Positions 21,000 to 31,658 of a DNA stretch of 64,000 nt are shown here, one piece after another (the stretch's first letter is position 1; each line of letters begins with the position of its first letter). Under the pieces are notes generated by a model. That model had not been told where the DNA came from, searched no databases, and was given only the letters and a program-made list of their open reading frames with translations. A program made the translations under genes and the position numbers. This DNA is from an uncultured bacterium. Lineage in GTDB: Bacteria; Patescibacteriota; Minisyncoccia; Moranbacterales; GWC2-37-73. The stretch covers positions 13,136 to 77,135 of the forward strand of contig CAINNK010000008.1 in NCBI GenBank assembly GCA_903851135.1. Direction: 5' to 3'.

Positions 21000-22907
21000 A
21001 TGCCACTTGAAGATTTAAATAAAGATTTGCATAGTTTTAGTGACGGGAGCAATTCTTTTCATGCTCATGAAAAAAGTCAGTATGATCCTGTGCTAGGCGC
21101 CTCGGCGGTTAGTCCTTTTGATGAAAAATTGGAATGGGAGAAGGCTCGCAGGGAACTTAATCCTTTTCAAAAGAGAGTTTTGAAAATTTCTTTGGGAGTT
21201 TTGTTTTTGGTTGTTTTAGCCGTAGGCTGGTTCGTTTATTCAGCTTGGTGGCAAAAAAATGCTTTCCATCAGGACAGAGTTGCAATTTCTTTTGAGGGTC
21301 CAAGTGCTGCTGATAGCACAAAAGTAGTGAAGTATATCATTCATTACAAGAATGACAATCAAGTGACGCTGAAAAATTCTGAAATTGCCTTGAGTTATTC
21401 GGAAAATTTTCAACCGACTGACAATGTAAATGTGAAATATATCAGCCCAACCTCTAGTCGGATTTTTGTTGGTGACATTAAACCTCGAAGTGAAGGCTCG
21501 GTTGAAGTCAAGGGTATTTTTTACGCGCCCAAAGATGCGCCGGTTTATTTGCATGGAACGATAAATTTCACGCCTTCCAATGGACAGACGCAACTTTCGA
21601 TGGAAACGCAAATCAGTGTGAACATTACAACTGCGCCCGTTCTCTTGGATGTTAGTGCTCCTACTCAGGTGATGGATGGAGACAAAGTCGAATATGTTAT
21701 TGATTATAAAAATTTGGATGTTAGGATTTTAAACAATGTGCAAATTCGAGTTGAATTTCCCAATGGTTTTCAGTTTAGTGATTCGCAGCCTACTCCTTCA
21801 CAAAATGGCTCTTATTGGACTGTTGGTAATCTTGATTCTAATCAGGGTGGCAAAATCAGGATTAGTGGTATCATGCACGGCACTGACAATGAGAGCAAGA
21901 ATATTCTTGTTTCTCTGGGGCAACTTGGAAATGATGGACAGTTGGCTGTTTTCAACAAGCGAGAAATGAGCATGAGAATTATTGCTCCAGTTTTGACGGT
22001 TTCTCAAAGTCTTGATAATGCCACTAGTGATATCGTTAATGCTGGAGATGTGCTAAAATATACCGTTACTTATCACAATGGTAGCACAAATGGTCTGCGT
22101 GATGCGGTTGTTACAGTCGAACTACAAGGAAAAATACTGGATTTTTCAAAAATTGCAGTCGAAAACGGTTTCTTCGATGGAGTCAAAAATATTATCACCT
22201 GGAAAGCTTCCGATGTGCCAGCTTTGGCTAACATCAATCCTAATGATGGTGGTAAGTTTCGCTTTTCAATTCCTGTGAAGGAAATTATCCCGGTTGAAAA
22301 TAAAAATGACAAAAATTTTATGGTCACAACAGTTGCTAAAATAGACAGTCCGGATATTCCAACCCCGATAAATTCAAATAAAATAATCGGCAGCAATACG
22401 CTTCAGTTGAAGCTCGCCTCAAAGGTCTTGTTAAACACTTTGGGTTATAATGCAGATGTTCAAATCCACAATTCTGGTCCGATTCCGATGCAGGTTGGCA
22501 AGGAAACACTGTTTGCTATTCATTGGTCATTGGTTAATATTTCAAATGATTTGGTTAACGGAAAAATTGTTTCCTCTCTCCCGGCCGGGCTGCGTTGGAC
22601 TGGTATGACGTATCCTAATAACGAAAAGATTTCATATAGTACTCAGTCTAACCAATTAATTTGGGATATTGGAAACGTGGCTGCCGGAGCAGGAACAATT
22701 TTGCCTGTTAGAGAGGTAGAATTTCAGGTTGGAATAACTCCGCAAATAAACCAAGTTGATCAGCCGCTTAAATTACTTAATGGTTCAATTTTCACCGGCA
22801 GTGATGCTTTTACAGGAAAGGACATAACTGTCACAAATCCTGAAAAAACCACGCAGTTGCGTGAGGATCCAACTGTTGGATATGTAAATGGAAAGGTTGC
22901 GAAATAG
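21000..22907 (+). CDS. Membrane-anchored beta-rich surface protein (DUF11-like repeats)
   Basis: N-terminal TM helix; repeated GD.v.Y.i.Y.N segments (GDKVEYVIDYKN, GDVLKYTVTYHN). Confidence 0.75.
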   Translation: MPLEDLNKDLHSFSDGSNSFHAHEKSQYDPVLGASAVSPFDEKLEWEKARRELNPFQKRVLKISLGVLFLVVLAVGWFVYSAWWQKNAFHQDRVAISFEGPSAADSTKVVKYIIHYKNDNQVTLKNSEIALSYSENFQPTDNVNVKYISPTSSRIFVGDIKPRSEGSVEVKGIFYAPKDAPVYLHGTINFTPSNGQTQLSMETQISVNITTAPVLLDVSAPTQVMDGDKVEYVIDYKNLDVRILNNVQIRVEFPNGFQFSDSQPTPSQNGSYWTVGNLDSNQGGKIRISGIMHGTDNESKNILVSLGQLGNDGQLAVFNKREMSMRIIAPVLTVSQSLDNATSDIVNAGDVLKYTVTYHNGSTNGLRDAVVTVELQGKILDFSKIAVENGFFDGVKNIITWKASDVPALANINPNDGGKFRFSIPVKEIIPVENKNDKNFMVTTVAKIDSPDIPTPINSNKIIGSNTLQLKLASKVLLNTLGYNADVQIHNSGPIPMQVGKETLFAIHWSLVNISNDLVNGKIVSSLPAGLRWTGMTYPNNEKISYSTQSNQLIWDIGNVAAGAGTILPVREVEFQVGITPQINQVDQPLKLLNGSIFTGSDAFTGKDITVTNPEKTTQLREDPTVGYVNGKVAK

Positions 22908-22970
22908 GCAATTCAAGAGGAAGCCTTCTTGGTATTACTTGCCTAAATAGCTGGGTGAAGGTATGCTTTT

Positions 22971-24155
22971 ATGACCTTTGAATTGCTCAAAAAACAAAAT
23001 AATTGGCGTGTGGGTAAACTTCACACAAAAAGCGGAGAAATAAACACTCCGTTTTTTATGCCTATTGCAACAAAAGGCGCTGTAAAAAATATCTCGCCGG
23101 AGGATCTTGAAAAAATAGGTGCGGAAATAATCTTGGGCAATACCTATCATCTTTGGCTCAGACCAGGGGATGAACTTATTGCGCGCGCTGGAGGATTGCA
23201 TGAATTTATGCACTGGCCAAAAGCTATCTTGACCGATTCTGGGGGTTATCAAGTTTTTTCACTTGGCGCCCGGGCCAAGGAAAAATTTGGTACCAGTGGG
23301 GTTAAAATCTCAGAAGAAGGGGTTAAATTCACGGACCCGGTTGATGGCAGTAATTACTTTATGTCTCCCGAAAAATCAATTGAGATTCAACTCAATCTTG
23401 GTTCTGATATTATTATGGTTTTTGATGAATGTCCGCCTTTTCCGTGTTCTCATGTGCAGGCCCAAAAATCTATGGAGTTGACTCTGCGTTGGGCTAAGCG
23501 CTGCTTTGAATATTTTCATGCAAGAGTCGAGCAGGACTTGCAAAAATATAAAAACGGTAGACCACTTTTGTTTTGCATTGTGCAAGGTAGTGTTTATGAG
23601 GACTTGCGCAAAGAGTGTACTGAAAAACTGATTGAAATTGGGCTTACTGCTAAGGGAGGAGAAAATTGCGGTTGGGATGGTTATGCGATTGGCGGAGTTG
23701 CGGTCGGTGAGCCGCGCAAGCACTTATATGAAATTTTGGAGTGGGTGGTGCCACTTTTGCCAGCTGAGAAACCGCGTTATTTGATGGGGTTAGGTAAACC
23801 TGAAGAATTGGTTAGGGCTGTTTCTGGCGGTATGGATATGTTTGATTGTGTTATCCCAACCAGAGAGGGCAGACATGGTCGGCTTTTTGTGATGAAAAAA
23901 AATGAAAGTCTTGAAAAATATCTTGAAAATTTTGATAACTTGTTTTATGAAACAATCAACATTGGCAATGAAAAATTCAAAGAAGACTTCACGCCGATTG
24001 ACGCTGATTGCCGATGTGAAACTTGTCAGAATTTCACGCGAGCTTATCTTAATCACTTACTCAGAACTAATGAACCGCTTTACCTGAAGCTGGCTTCGGT
24101 TCACAATTTGCATTTCTATCTTTCCTTGATGAAAAAGATGCGAGAAAGTTTTTAG
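22971..24155 (+). CDS. tgt: tRNA-guanine(34) transglycosylase
   Basis: GNTYHLWLRPG, TDSGGYQVFSL, GGVAVGE, PRYLMGLG, DMFDCVIPTR, CRCETC...HN. Confidence 0.96.
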   Translation: MTFELLKKQNNWRVGKLHTKSGEINTPFFMPIATKGAVKNISPEDLEKIGAEIILGNTYHLWLRPGDELIARAGGLHEFMHWPKAILTDSGGYQVFSLGARAKEKFGTSGVKISEEGVKFTDPVDGSNYFMSPEKSIEIQLNLGSDIIMVFDECPPFPCSHVQAQKSMELTLRWAKRCFEYFHARVEQDLQKYKNGRPLLFCIVQGSVYEDLRKECTEKLIEIGLTAKGGENCGWDGYAIGGVAVGEPRKHLYEILEWVVPLLPAEKPRYLMGLGKPEELVRAVSGGMDMFDCVIPTREGRHGRLFVMKKNESLEKYLENFDNLFYETINIGNEKFKEDFTPIDADCRCETCQNFTRAYLNHLLRTNEPLYLKLASVHNLHFYLSLMKKMRESF

Positions 24156-24354
24156 GCCAATTGATGCTTCTTGGAAGCCAGAGAAGATATTTTTTCATTG
24201 GTTTGCGAAAAAAGTTAAAACCCAAAATTTTCGCTTGAGTTTCATTTTATGCAATATTGAAAAATATATGCTATAATAAAAATAATTATTGGGTTTCTTG
24301 AGAAAAAAGGCAAAAGAAAAATAAAAGGGTAATTGTTTTTAAAGAAAATAAAAA

Positions 24355-25746
24355 ATGTCGCAAGCATTGATCAGTGTAGATCAACTTAGGGTTATCTACA
24401 ACCAGGGAAAATCCAATGAAGTTCGTTCTCTTGATGGAGTTAGCGTTGAGATATATGCCGAAGAATATGTCATTATCTATGGACCTTCCGGCTGTGGCAA
24501 GTCAACGCTGCTTTATGGTATTTCCGGACTGCAAGCTCCGACCTATGGGGATGTTTTTGTCGATGGAAAAAATCTTGCCAAGATGACAAAGAGAGAAAAG
24601 GTGCAATTTCATCAGACCAGTATCGGCATGGTTTTTCAAGCTTTTTACCTTATCGACACTTTGACAGTTCTCGACAATGTCTGTTTGCCGAAAGTTTTTC
24701 GCGGAGAAAGTTTGGTGCAGCGTCAAGAAGCGGCTATGCGATTGTTGCAACGTTTTGGAATTAGCACTCAAGCTGACAGATTTCCAAGTCAACTTTCTGG
24801 TGGTCAAAAACAAAGAGTCTCAATTGCGCGGGCACTTGTTAATAACCCCAAAATAATCTTGGCCGATGAGCCAACTGGTGCTTTAGACAGTGAATCTGCT
24901 CAGAATGTGTTGGATATTTTCAAAGACATTAATAGTACAGACAAAAAGACTTTAATAATGGTGACGCATAATCCTGAGCATCTTGTTTACGCTGATAGGG
25001 TTATTCATATGAAAGATGGCAAGAAAGTCAGAGAAGACATTAACAAGGACAAGCGTCCGATGGAGATTTTGAAAAAGGAAGGTGATAAGGCGGGAAATAA
25101 AGAAGGCTTACAAGAAGGCGTTGCGGGTGCGCTTGAAACAAGTAGTCCAAAAGGTGAACTCACAGACGCTCCAGAAAAAATTTCAACCGAGCTGCGCTTG
25201 TTGATGCGAACTTTCAAAGATCTTTCTTTGAAGCAGGTTGGTGTATTGCTTATTCCGTTTAAGGCTAAACAGTTGTTGATGCACATTCTTTCTGAATTGA
25301 CAGAGGAACAAACTTCTTCTGCTGAAAGTCTATTGAAGGAATTTTTGTTCAAAAATATTGATAATAACATCTTGAAGACAAAACTTGATTTGGATATGGA
25401 AAAAGGCGGAGCCGGCTGGAACAAGTTAAGAGCTATTTCTTTTGCTGATAGGGCTCAAGAAATTATCAAACATGCTGAGGGTGTTGGTAAAAATGATGAA
25501 GCTTCCTTGCTCTCAGTTACAAATTATCTTATCAGGATATACCATTTGAAGCTGGAAGATGATGAGACCTTGCTGCGTTTTCGTGCCTTTGTGAAATTGC
25601 GAATGGAAAATAAGATTGATCGGTTCGGTCTTCAACAGCGGCTTGATGTTCCGCGGCAACTTGGCGGAGTTGGTCTTTATAAGGGAACGGCTGAAAAAGT
25701 GGTTCGTGAAATGGAAATGATAATGTTGCTCAGCTATTCGGCCTAA
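24355..25746 (+). CDS. ABC transporter ATP-binding protein (MacB/LolD type) with about 220-aa C-terminal extension
   Basis: GPSGCGKST, LSGGQKQRVSIARAL, ILADEPTGALD; the extension has two LD..x.GG.G motifs. Confidence 0.9.
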   Translation: MSQALISVDQLRVIYNQGKSNEVRSLDGVSVEIYAEEYVIIYGPSGCGKSTLLYGISGLQAPTYGDVFVDGKNLAKMTKREKVQFHQTSIGMVFQAFYLIDTLTVLDNVCLPKVFRGESLVQRQEAAMRLLQRFGISTQADRFPSQLSGGQKQRVSIARALVNNPKIILADEPTGALDSESAQNVLDIFKDINSTDKKTLIMVTHNPEHLVYADRVIHMKDGKKVREDINKDKRPMEILKKEGDKAGNKEGLQEGVAGALETSSPKGELTDAPEKISTELRLLMRTFKDLSLKQVGVLLIPFKAKQLLMHILSELTEEQTSSAESLLKEFLFKNIDNNILKTKLDLDMEKGGAGWNKLRAISFADRAQEIIKHAEGVGKNDEASLLSVTNYLIRIYHLKLEDDETLLRFRAFVKLRMENKIDRFGLQQRLDVPRQLGGVGLYKGTAEKVVREMEMIMLLSYSA

Positions 25747-25793
25747 AATTAACATAAAATATTTGTTGTATAAAAAGTTTTTAAAGAAATAAC

Positions 25794-27017
25794 ATGAGAT
25801 TTGTAGATTTATTCAGTTTATCCACTAGAATGTTTAAGGCGAGAACTTCTCGTACGCTTTTGACGGTGCTTGGTATGAGTATTGGTATTGGGGCTATTTT
25901 GTTTTTGGTTTCACTGGGCTATGGTTTGCAAAAAACTTTACTGGAACGTATTACTACTTCTGATTCTCTTTTGACTCTGGATGTTTCTGAAGCAAAATCC
26001 GGAGTGGTAACGCTTAATCGAGACATGGTTAAGAAAATTAGTGAAATGCCAGGCGTAGATGATGTCAGTCCAGCTTTTCAGATAACAACACAGGGCCATA
26101 TTGATGATTTGTCTGCCGATTTGGTGACAATGGGTTCCAAAGCTTCATTCTTGAAGTTAGGTGGCGTTAAGCCAATGTTAGGAACGCTGCTTTCTGATAA
26201 TAATGAAAACGGGGTTGTGATTAGTTCTGCAATTGCTCAAGTTTTTGGCAAATCGGTTGATGAGATGATGGGCAAAGAAATATCCTTTTCATTTTTCATT
26301 CCAGTGCCTGTTGATCCTGATGAACCCGCACCTTCAAATCAAGCTCAACAAGCAGAGCTCAAAAGAGTTGATAGTGATCGTAAGTTTACAATTATCGGAG
26401 TTATCGACGGACCGGATAATGTTGTTTATCTAAATTCCTTGTCTTTGGAAAGTCTTAATATTGATAGGTATGGACAAGCTAAGGTTAAGTGTCGAACAAA
26501 TGCTGAGATGGGAGTTGTGCGTGATAAAATTTTGGAATTTGGGTTGCTAGTTTCTTCACTTTCTGAAACTGTTGATCAAGCTAATCAAATTTTTCGAGTG
26601 GTTCAGTTGGTGTTGATGCTTTTTGGAATCATCGCCTTGTTTGTTTCGGCAATCGGGATGTTTAATACTATGACAATTACTTTGCTTGAAAGAACAGAGG
26701 AAATTGGAATTATGAAATCAATTGGCGCTTCGGACATGGGAATTTCAGTAATGTTTTTCATGGAGTCGGCGATCATGGGTTTTTTGGGAGGAGTTTCTGG
26801 GGTTTCCATTGGATGGCTGGGTGGAGCTTTGTTTAATACGGTTATTAATATGGTAGCGGTACGTTTTGGCGGTCAAAAAGTCAGTTTGTTTTATAGCCCG
26901 CTCTGGTTTGTGATTTCAATTATCATTTTTTCAACGGTAGTTGGATTTTTCACTGGGCTGGTTCCGGCTCGCCGAGCTAGCAAGATTGACCCGCTGGACG
27001 CTTTAAGATACAAGTAG
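25794..27017 (+). CDS. ABC transporter permease (MacB/FtsX family)
   Basis: RTLLTVLGMSIG, ERTEEIGIMKSIGA, PARRASKIDPLDALRY. Confidence 0.92.
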   Translation: MRFVDLFSLSTRMFKARTSRTLLTVLGMSIGIGAILFLVSLGYGLQKTLLERITTSDSLLTLDVSEAKSGVVTLNRDMVKKISEMPGVDDVSPAFQITTQGHIDDLSADLVTMGSKASFLKLGGVKPMLGTLLSDNNENGVVISSAIAQVFGKSVDEMMGKEISFSFFIPVPVDPDEPAPSNQAQQAELKRVDSDRKFTIIGVIDGPDNVVYLNSLSLESLNIDRYGQAKVKCRTNAEMGVVRDKILEFGLLVSSLSETVDQANQIFRVVQLVLMLFGIIALFVSAIGMFNTMTITLLERTEEIGIMKSIGASDMGISVMFFMESAIMGFLGGVSGVSIGWLGGALFNTVINMVAVRFGGQKVSLFYSPLWFVISIIIFSTVVGFFTGLVPARRASKIDPLDALRYK

Positions 27018-27208
27018 AATGTAGAATGTATTATGTAGAATGTATGATACAAAATACAAAATACAAGTAGAATGTAGAAATGCTTTATACATAATACATA
27101 CCACATACTACATCATACTTAATACTTAATACTTAATACAGGGCATCATGGGTTGCTCTTTTTTGTTTTTCATGGCTATAATATGAAAAGAATCTAAATT
27201 AGAAAAAT

Positions 27209-28042
27209 ATGAAATTACTTCACGGTGGACCTATCGCAGAAAAAATTTTAGCCGCTCTCAAAGCGGAAATTTCGATTAGCGAAGAAAAACCAGGCTTGGC
27301 GGTGGTTTTAATTGGCGCAAATAAAGCTTCGCAAATATACGTAGCCCTTAAAGAAAAGAAAGCCAAAGAAATTGGGATGAATTTTTTTCTTTTTAATTTC
27401 GTTGAAAGTTCTTCCGAAGAGGAAATTCTGAAATGCATTGAGCGGCTGAATAATGATAAAAAAATAAATGGAATTATCGTGCAACTTCCTTTGCCAAAAG
27501 GTTTTGACACAGAAAAAATAATCACTGCAATTGACGCAAAAAAAGATGTAGACGGCTTTCATAGTGAAAATGCGAAAAAGTTTTTGCAAGGCACAGGTGA
27601 GATTTATCCAGTTTTTCCGCACGCGATTGTGAAATTGCTCGAAAGCGCTGGCGAAAATTTGGAAGGCAAAAAGGCTGTGGTGCTTGGAAATTCTCAAGAA
27701 TTTAGTCAACTTATGCAGCTGGCACTTGAACAAAAAGGACTTTTGACAGATTTTGTCTTGGCCGGGCAGCTTTCTTTGAATCTTGGGAAAATCAAAGAAG
27801 CGGACGTTGTGGTGAGCGCTGTGGGCCTCCCTGGGCTACTGAAGGGTCAAATGTTCAAAGACGGCGCTATCATTATTGATGGCGGGATTGAAAAGGTGGG
27901 CGAAAAGGTTTTCGGCGACGTCGACTTTGGCTCAACCAAGGATTTAAATGGTTTTATCACTCCAGTTCCCGGCGGCGTCGGCCCCGTGACAATTGCGTGT
28001 TTGCTGGAAAACACCTATTTGGCTTTTAGGGCTCAAAAGTAG
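27209..28042 (+). CDS. folD: Bifunctional methylene-THF dehydrogenase/cyclohydrolase
   Basis: PGLAVVLIG, GIIVQLPLP, KDVDGFH, ITPVPGGVGPVT. Confidence 0.94.
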   Translation: MKLLHGGPIAEKILAALKAEISISEEKPGLAVVLIGANKASQIYVALKEKKAKEIGMNFFLFNFVESSSEEEILKCIERLNNDKKINGIIVQLPLPKGFDTEKIITAIDAKKDVDGFHSENAKKFLQGTGEIYPVFPHAIVKLLESAGENLEGKKAVVLGNSQEFSQLMQLALEQKGLLTDFVLAGQLSLNLGKIKEADVVVSAVGLPGLLKGQMFKDGAIIIDGGIEKVGEKVFGDVDFGSTKDLNGFITPVPGGVGPVTIACLLENTYLAFRAQK

Positions 28043-28239
28043 CTCAAAATTGTTATATTGCTGCATTGTTAAACTGTCGCCTAAGAGCGACTTTTTTGCT
28101 TGACAAAACCCAGTTTAGGTATATGATATTAAATTAGTTCGTTAATATTTATAGTTGTTAGGAAATTTTAAAAGTGTTTTTTAGCTATGGTCATATATCC
28201 CAAATATTTATAACAATAACAGTATTTCAAGGAGTTATC

Positions 28240-28779
28240 ATGAATAAATCGAACACGATTCAACCAGAGCAGGAAGCGTTTATATATTGCAAGCGGCTTC
28301 CGCCAACCGATGGCACAACTGGAGTTCAGTGGGTTGAGCGCCTTGAAGGAAAGGGGGTTAGGCTAGCTCCTCATGTTGTAAAGCTTTTAAACTCTCAAGA
28401 ATTTGTTCCAACAACGGGCGTTATATATGAAGTCGCCCTTTTTAGGGGAAATTTTTGGGAAAATGACTTTCACAGAACTGTAGAAAATGCCCTAATAGAG
28501 GGTAAGTTGAGAGGTCTTGATGAAATAAATATTGAGGCTACTTGCCTCAGTCTCGAAAATCTTTTTCTTAATGATATGTTGGGTTGCATGTGGATTATTG
28601 TTATGCAGAAGCCATTCGAAGGATATAGTCTCTTTTGCTATGCTATTGATGATAGTAAATGTTTCAAGCAACATCAAAAAACGAATTTCGAAAAGTACAC
28701 AGCATTAAATGCTAACCTTTCTTTTTCGAAGCTGAAAAAGAACGATGGATTTTTATTTTTAAAGAATAAGAATCCATGA
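28240..28779 (+). CDS. Hypothetical protein (stand-alone cassette)
   Basis: AGGAG SD before ATG 28240, TTGACA promoter at about 28100, hairpin terminator 28787-28822. Confidence 0.6.
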   Translation: MNKSNTIQPEQEAFIYCKRLPPTDGTTGVQWVERLEGKGVRLAPHVVKLLNSQEFVPTTGVIYEVALFRGNFWENDFHRTVENALIEGKLRGLDEINIEATCLSLENLFLNDMLGCMWIIVMQKPFEGYSLFCYAIDDSKCFKQHQKTNFEKYTALNANLSFSKLKKNDGFLFLKNKNP

Positions 28780-28933
28780 AAAATAAAGAGTCCCTCGCTA
28801 AATTTTCGTGCGGGACTCTTTTAATTTAAGTCTCTTTTGGGCTCAAAAATAAGGAATTTTCTATTGCCAGAATGCCCAAATGCCACTAAAATGAAGATAG
28901 TGGCTTTTTTGTTATTCAGAATTGGATAGAAGT

Positions 28934-29029
28934 TGTCATCGCGAAGATTTTTGTACTCGAAAATCTGTGGCGATCCAGGGATTGGTAACACGCTGGATTG
29001 CTTCGGATGAGTACATCCTCGCAAAGACA
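28934..29029. repeat. RPE-like palindromic element, copy 2 (opposite orientation to 18612-18703)
   Basis: TGTCATCGCGAAGATTTTTGTACTCGAAAATCTGTGGCGATCCAGG...CTGGATTGCTTCG...CTCGCAAAGACA. Confidence 0.8.
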
Positions 29030-29070
29030 AAATAGAAAGAATTTTTGTAAATTTGTATATTTGTAGGTTT

Positions 29071-31653
29071 ATGGAAAAATATCAGCCAAAAGAAATTGAA
29101 AAAAAATGGCAGGAACGCTGGGAAAGTGCCGGTCTGTATAAAGATTACAGTCGAGCAAAGAAATTCTATGCGCTGGATATGTTTCCGTATCCTTCAGGCG
29201 CAGGCCTTCATGTGGGACATCCGAAGGGCTATATTGCCACGGATGTGTTTAGTCGTTTCAAAATGTTGCAAGGATACAGCGTGCTTCATCCAATGGGTTG
29301 GGATGCTTTTGGGTTGCCGGCGGAAAATTATGCGATCAAAAACAAAGTGCATCCAAGCGTAGCCACTGAAAAAAATATTGCCACTTTCAAAAAACAATTG
29401 GAGGCTTTTGGTTTCACCTATGATTGGGATCGCGAAATCAACACGACTGATCCGGTTTATTACAAATGGACCCAGTGGATTTTTTTGAAGATGTTCGAAA
29501 AAGGTTTAGCATATGAATCCAATGAACCGGTCAATTGGTGTCCAAGTTGCAAAACGGTGCTTTCCAATGAAGATTTGGAGGGCGGTCTTTGTGAACGCTG
29601 CGGCACACAAGTGGTGCAAAAAAGATTGCGTCAATGGGTTTTGAGAATGACCGACTATGCCGACCGCTTGCTGGCTGATTTGGATAGTCCAGAAATAAAT
29701 TGGGAAGAATCAATCAAAGAGCAACAAAGAAATTGGATTGGTAAAAGCCAGGGCGCTCAATTTAAAATGTCGGTGGTGATAAATGGAGGCTCGACCTCCA
29801 TAATGGAGGTCGAGCCTCCAACGCTGGCTGAGGGAAATTATATTGAGGTTTATACAACTAGACTTGATACAGTTTTCGGTATGACTTATGCAGTGGTGGC
29901 GCCGGAACATAAAGTCATTGAACAATTAAAAGCTCAAATTTCAAATTACGACGAAGTTGAAAAATATGTAATTGCTTCGCAAAACAAAACCATTCTGGAG
30001 CGCACGGAATTGCAAAAAGAAAAAACGGGCGTGAAGTTGGAAGGAGTTGAAGTTGTAAATCCCTTTAATAATGAATCTGTGCCGCTTTTTGTGGCGGACT
30101 ATGTTTTGGGCGGTTACGGAACTGGCGCCGTGATGGCCGTGCCAGCGCATGACGAGAGAGATTTTGAATTTGCCAAGAAATATGACTTGCCGATCAGAAT
30201 TGTGATTGTAAAATCAATGGGAAGTACAGCTATTGATACAAGCGCACTACCAGAAGATGAATATATAGCATATCGTATAAATGAAATTCAAGAAATGCTC
30301 GATAATAAGGAAGCTTTTGCAGATTATGGAAATATTGTAAATTCAACGTCTGAATATAATCGCTTAACTTCACAGCAGGCGCGCGAAAAAATGACGGCGT
30401 GGTTGGAAGAAAATAAACTCGGCCAGAAAAAAATAAATTTCAAAATGCGGGATTGGATTTTTTCAAGGCAACGTTATTGGGGTGAACCGATTCCGATTGT
30501 GCATTGCGAAAAATGCGGAGCGGTCGGAGTGCCGGAAGAGCAATTGCCAGTGCGTCTTCCAGAGGTTGAAAAATATGAGCCGACTGGCACGGGCGAATCT
30601 CCTTTGGCTAATATTGCTGATTGGGTCAATACTACTTGTCCAAAATGCGGTGGACCAGCCAAAAGAGAAACCAACACGATGCCCCAGTGGGCTGGTTCGT
30701 CTTGGTATTATTTGCGTTATATCGATCCAAAAAATGAGAAATTTCTTATTGATCAGCAATTAGAAAAGGATTGGATGCCAGTTGACTTATACGTTGGTGG
30801 AGCAGAACACGCCACAAGGCATTTACTATACGCACGTTTTTGGCACAAATTTCTGTTTGACATCGGAGTGGTTACCACCATTGAGCCTTTCAAGAAGTTG
30901 ATGCATGTTGGACTTATCCTAGCAGAAGATGGACGCAAAATGAGCAAGCGTTGGAATAATGTGATCAATCCCGATGAGGTGATTGGTCAGTTTGGAGCAG
31001 ATTCGATGCGACTTTATGAAATGTTTATGGGACCGTTTTCTCAGAGCATTTCTTGGAACACTAATGGCGTCGTCGGAATGCGAAAGTTTTTGGAAAAAGT
31101 TTGGAAATTATCGGCACAGATAAACACAGAAGAAGGACGGATAAACACGGAAACACAGAACAATAAAAAAATCCAAACTTTATTGCATAAGACGATTAAA
31201 AAAGTTACTGAAGATATTGAAAATTTCAGATTTAACACGGCACTTTCACAGTTGATGATTTTGGTTAATGCCATGGAGAAAGAGTATGCGAAAAGCGCAA
31301 CTACGAAAGCGCACATGCGAAAAGAAGATTATGAAAAATTACTTTTGATTCTCTCACCTTTCGCGCCACATCTTGCCGAAGAGCTTTGGCAGAAATTGGG
31401 AAATGAGAATTCAATCTTTTTGCAAACGTGGCCAGTTGCTGATGAAAAATATCTGAAGGACGAAGAAATTGAAATGGTGGTGCAAGTCAATGGAAAAGTT
31501 CGTGAGCGTTTGTTGGTGGCGATTGATGTGACGGAAGATGAAGTCAAGGAAACTGCTTTAGAGAACGAAAAGGTTAAGATTTTTACGGATGGAAAAGAGA
31601 TTAAAAAAATTATTTTTGTGCCAGAAAAATTGATTAATATCGTGGTAAACTAA
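29071..31653 (+). CDS. leuS: Leucine--tRNA ligase
   Basis: MFPYPSGAGLHVGH, GWDAFGLPAEN, YGTGAVMAVPAHDERD, FSRQRYWGEP, KMSKR; ATG at 29071. Confidence 0.97.
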   Translation: MEKYQPKEIEKKWQERWESAGLYKDYSRAKKFYALDMFPYPSGAGLHVGHPKGYIATDVFSRFKMLQGYSVLHPMGWDAFGLPAENYAIKNKVHPSVATEKNIATFKKQLEAFGFTYDWDREINTTDPVYYKWTQWIFLKMFEKGLAYESNEPVNWCPSCKTVLSNEDLEGGLCERCGTQVVQKRLRQWVLRMTDYADRLLADLDSPEINWEESIKEQQRNWIGKSQGAQFKMSVVINGGSTSIMEVEPPTLAEGNYIEVYTTRLDTVFGMTYAVVAPEHKVIEQLKAQISNYDEVEKYVIASQNKTILERTELQKEKTGVKLEGVEVVNPFNNESVPLFVADYVLGGYGTGAVMAVPAHDERDFEFAKKYDLPIRIVIVKSMGSTAIDTSALPEDEYIAYRINEIQEMLDNKEAFADYGNIVNSTSEYNRLTSQQAREKMTAWLEENKLGQKKINFKMRDWIFSRQRYWGEPIPIVHCEKCGAVGVPEEQLPVRLPEVEKYEPTGTGESPLANIADWVNTTCPKCGGPAKRETNTMPQWAGSSWYYLRYIDPKNEKFLIDQQLEKDWMPVDLYVGGAEHATRHLLYARFWHKFLFDIGVVTTIEPFKKLMHVGLILAEDGRKMSKRWNNVINPDEVIGQFGADSMRLYEMFMGPFSQSISWNTNGVVGMRKFLEKVWKLSAQINTEEGRINTETQNNKKIQTLLHKTIKKVTEDIENFRFNTALSQLMILVNAMEKEYAKSATTKAHMRKEDYEKLLLILSPFAPHLAEELWQKLGNENSIFLQTWPVADEKYLKDEEIEMVVQVNGKVRERLLVAIDVTEDEVKETALENEKVKIFTDGKEIKKIIFVPEKLINIVVN

Positions 31654-31658
31654 ATAAT

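Noticed and set aside
28830-29070. T-box upstream of leuS (and argS)
   Set aside because: No GGTGG.ACC-type T-box with antiterminator was found; the regions hold palindromic elements instead.
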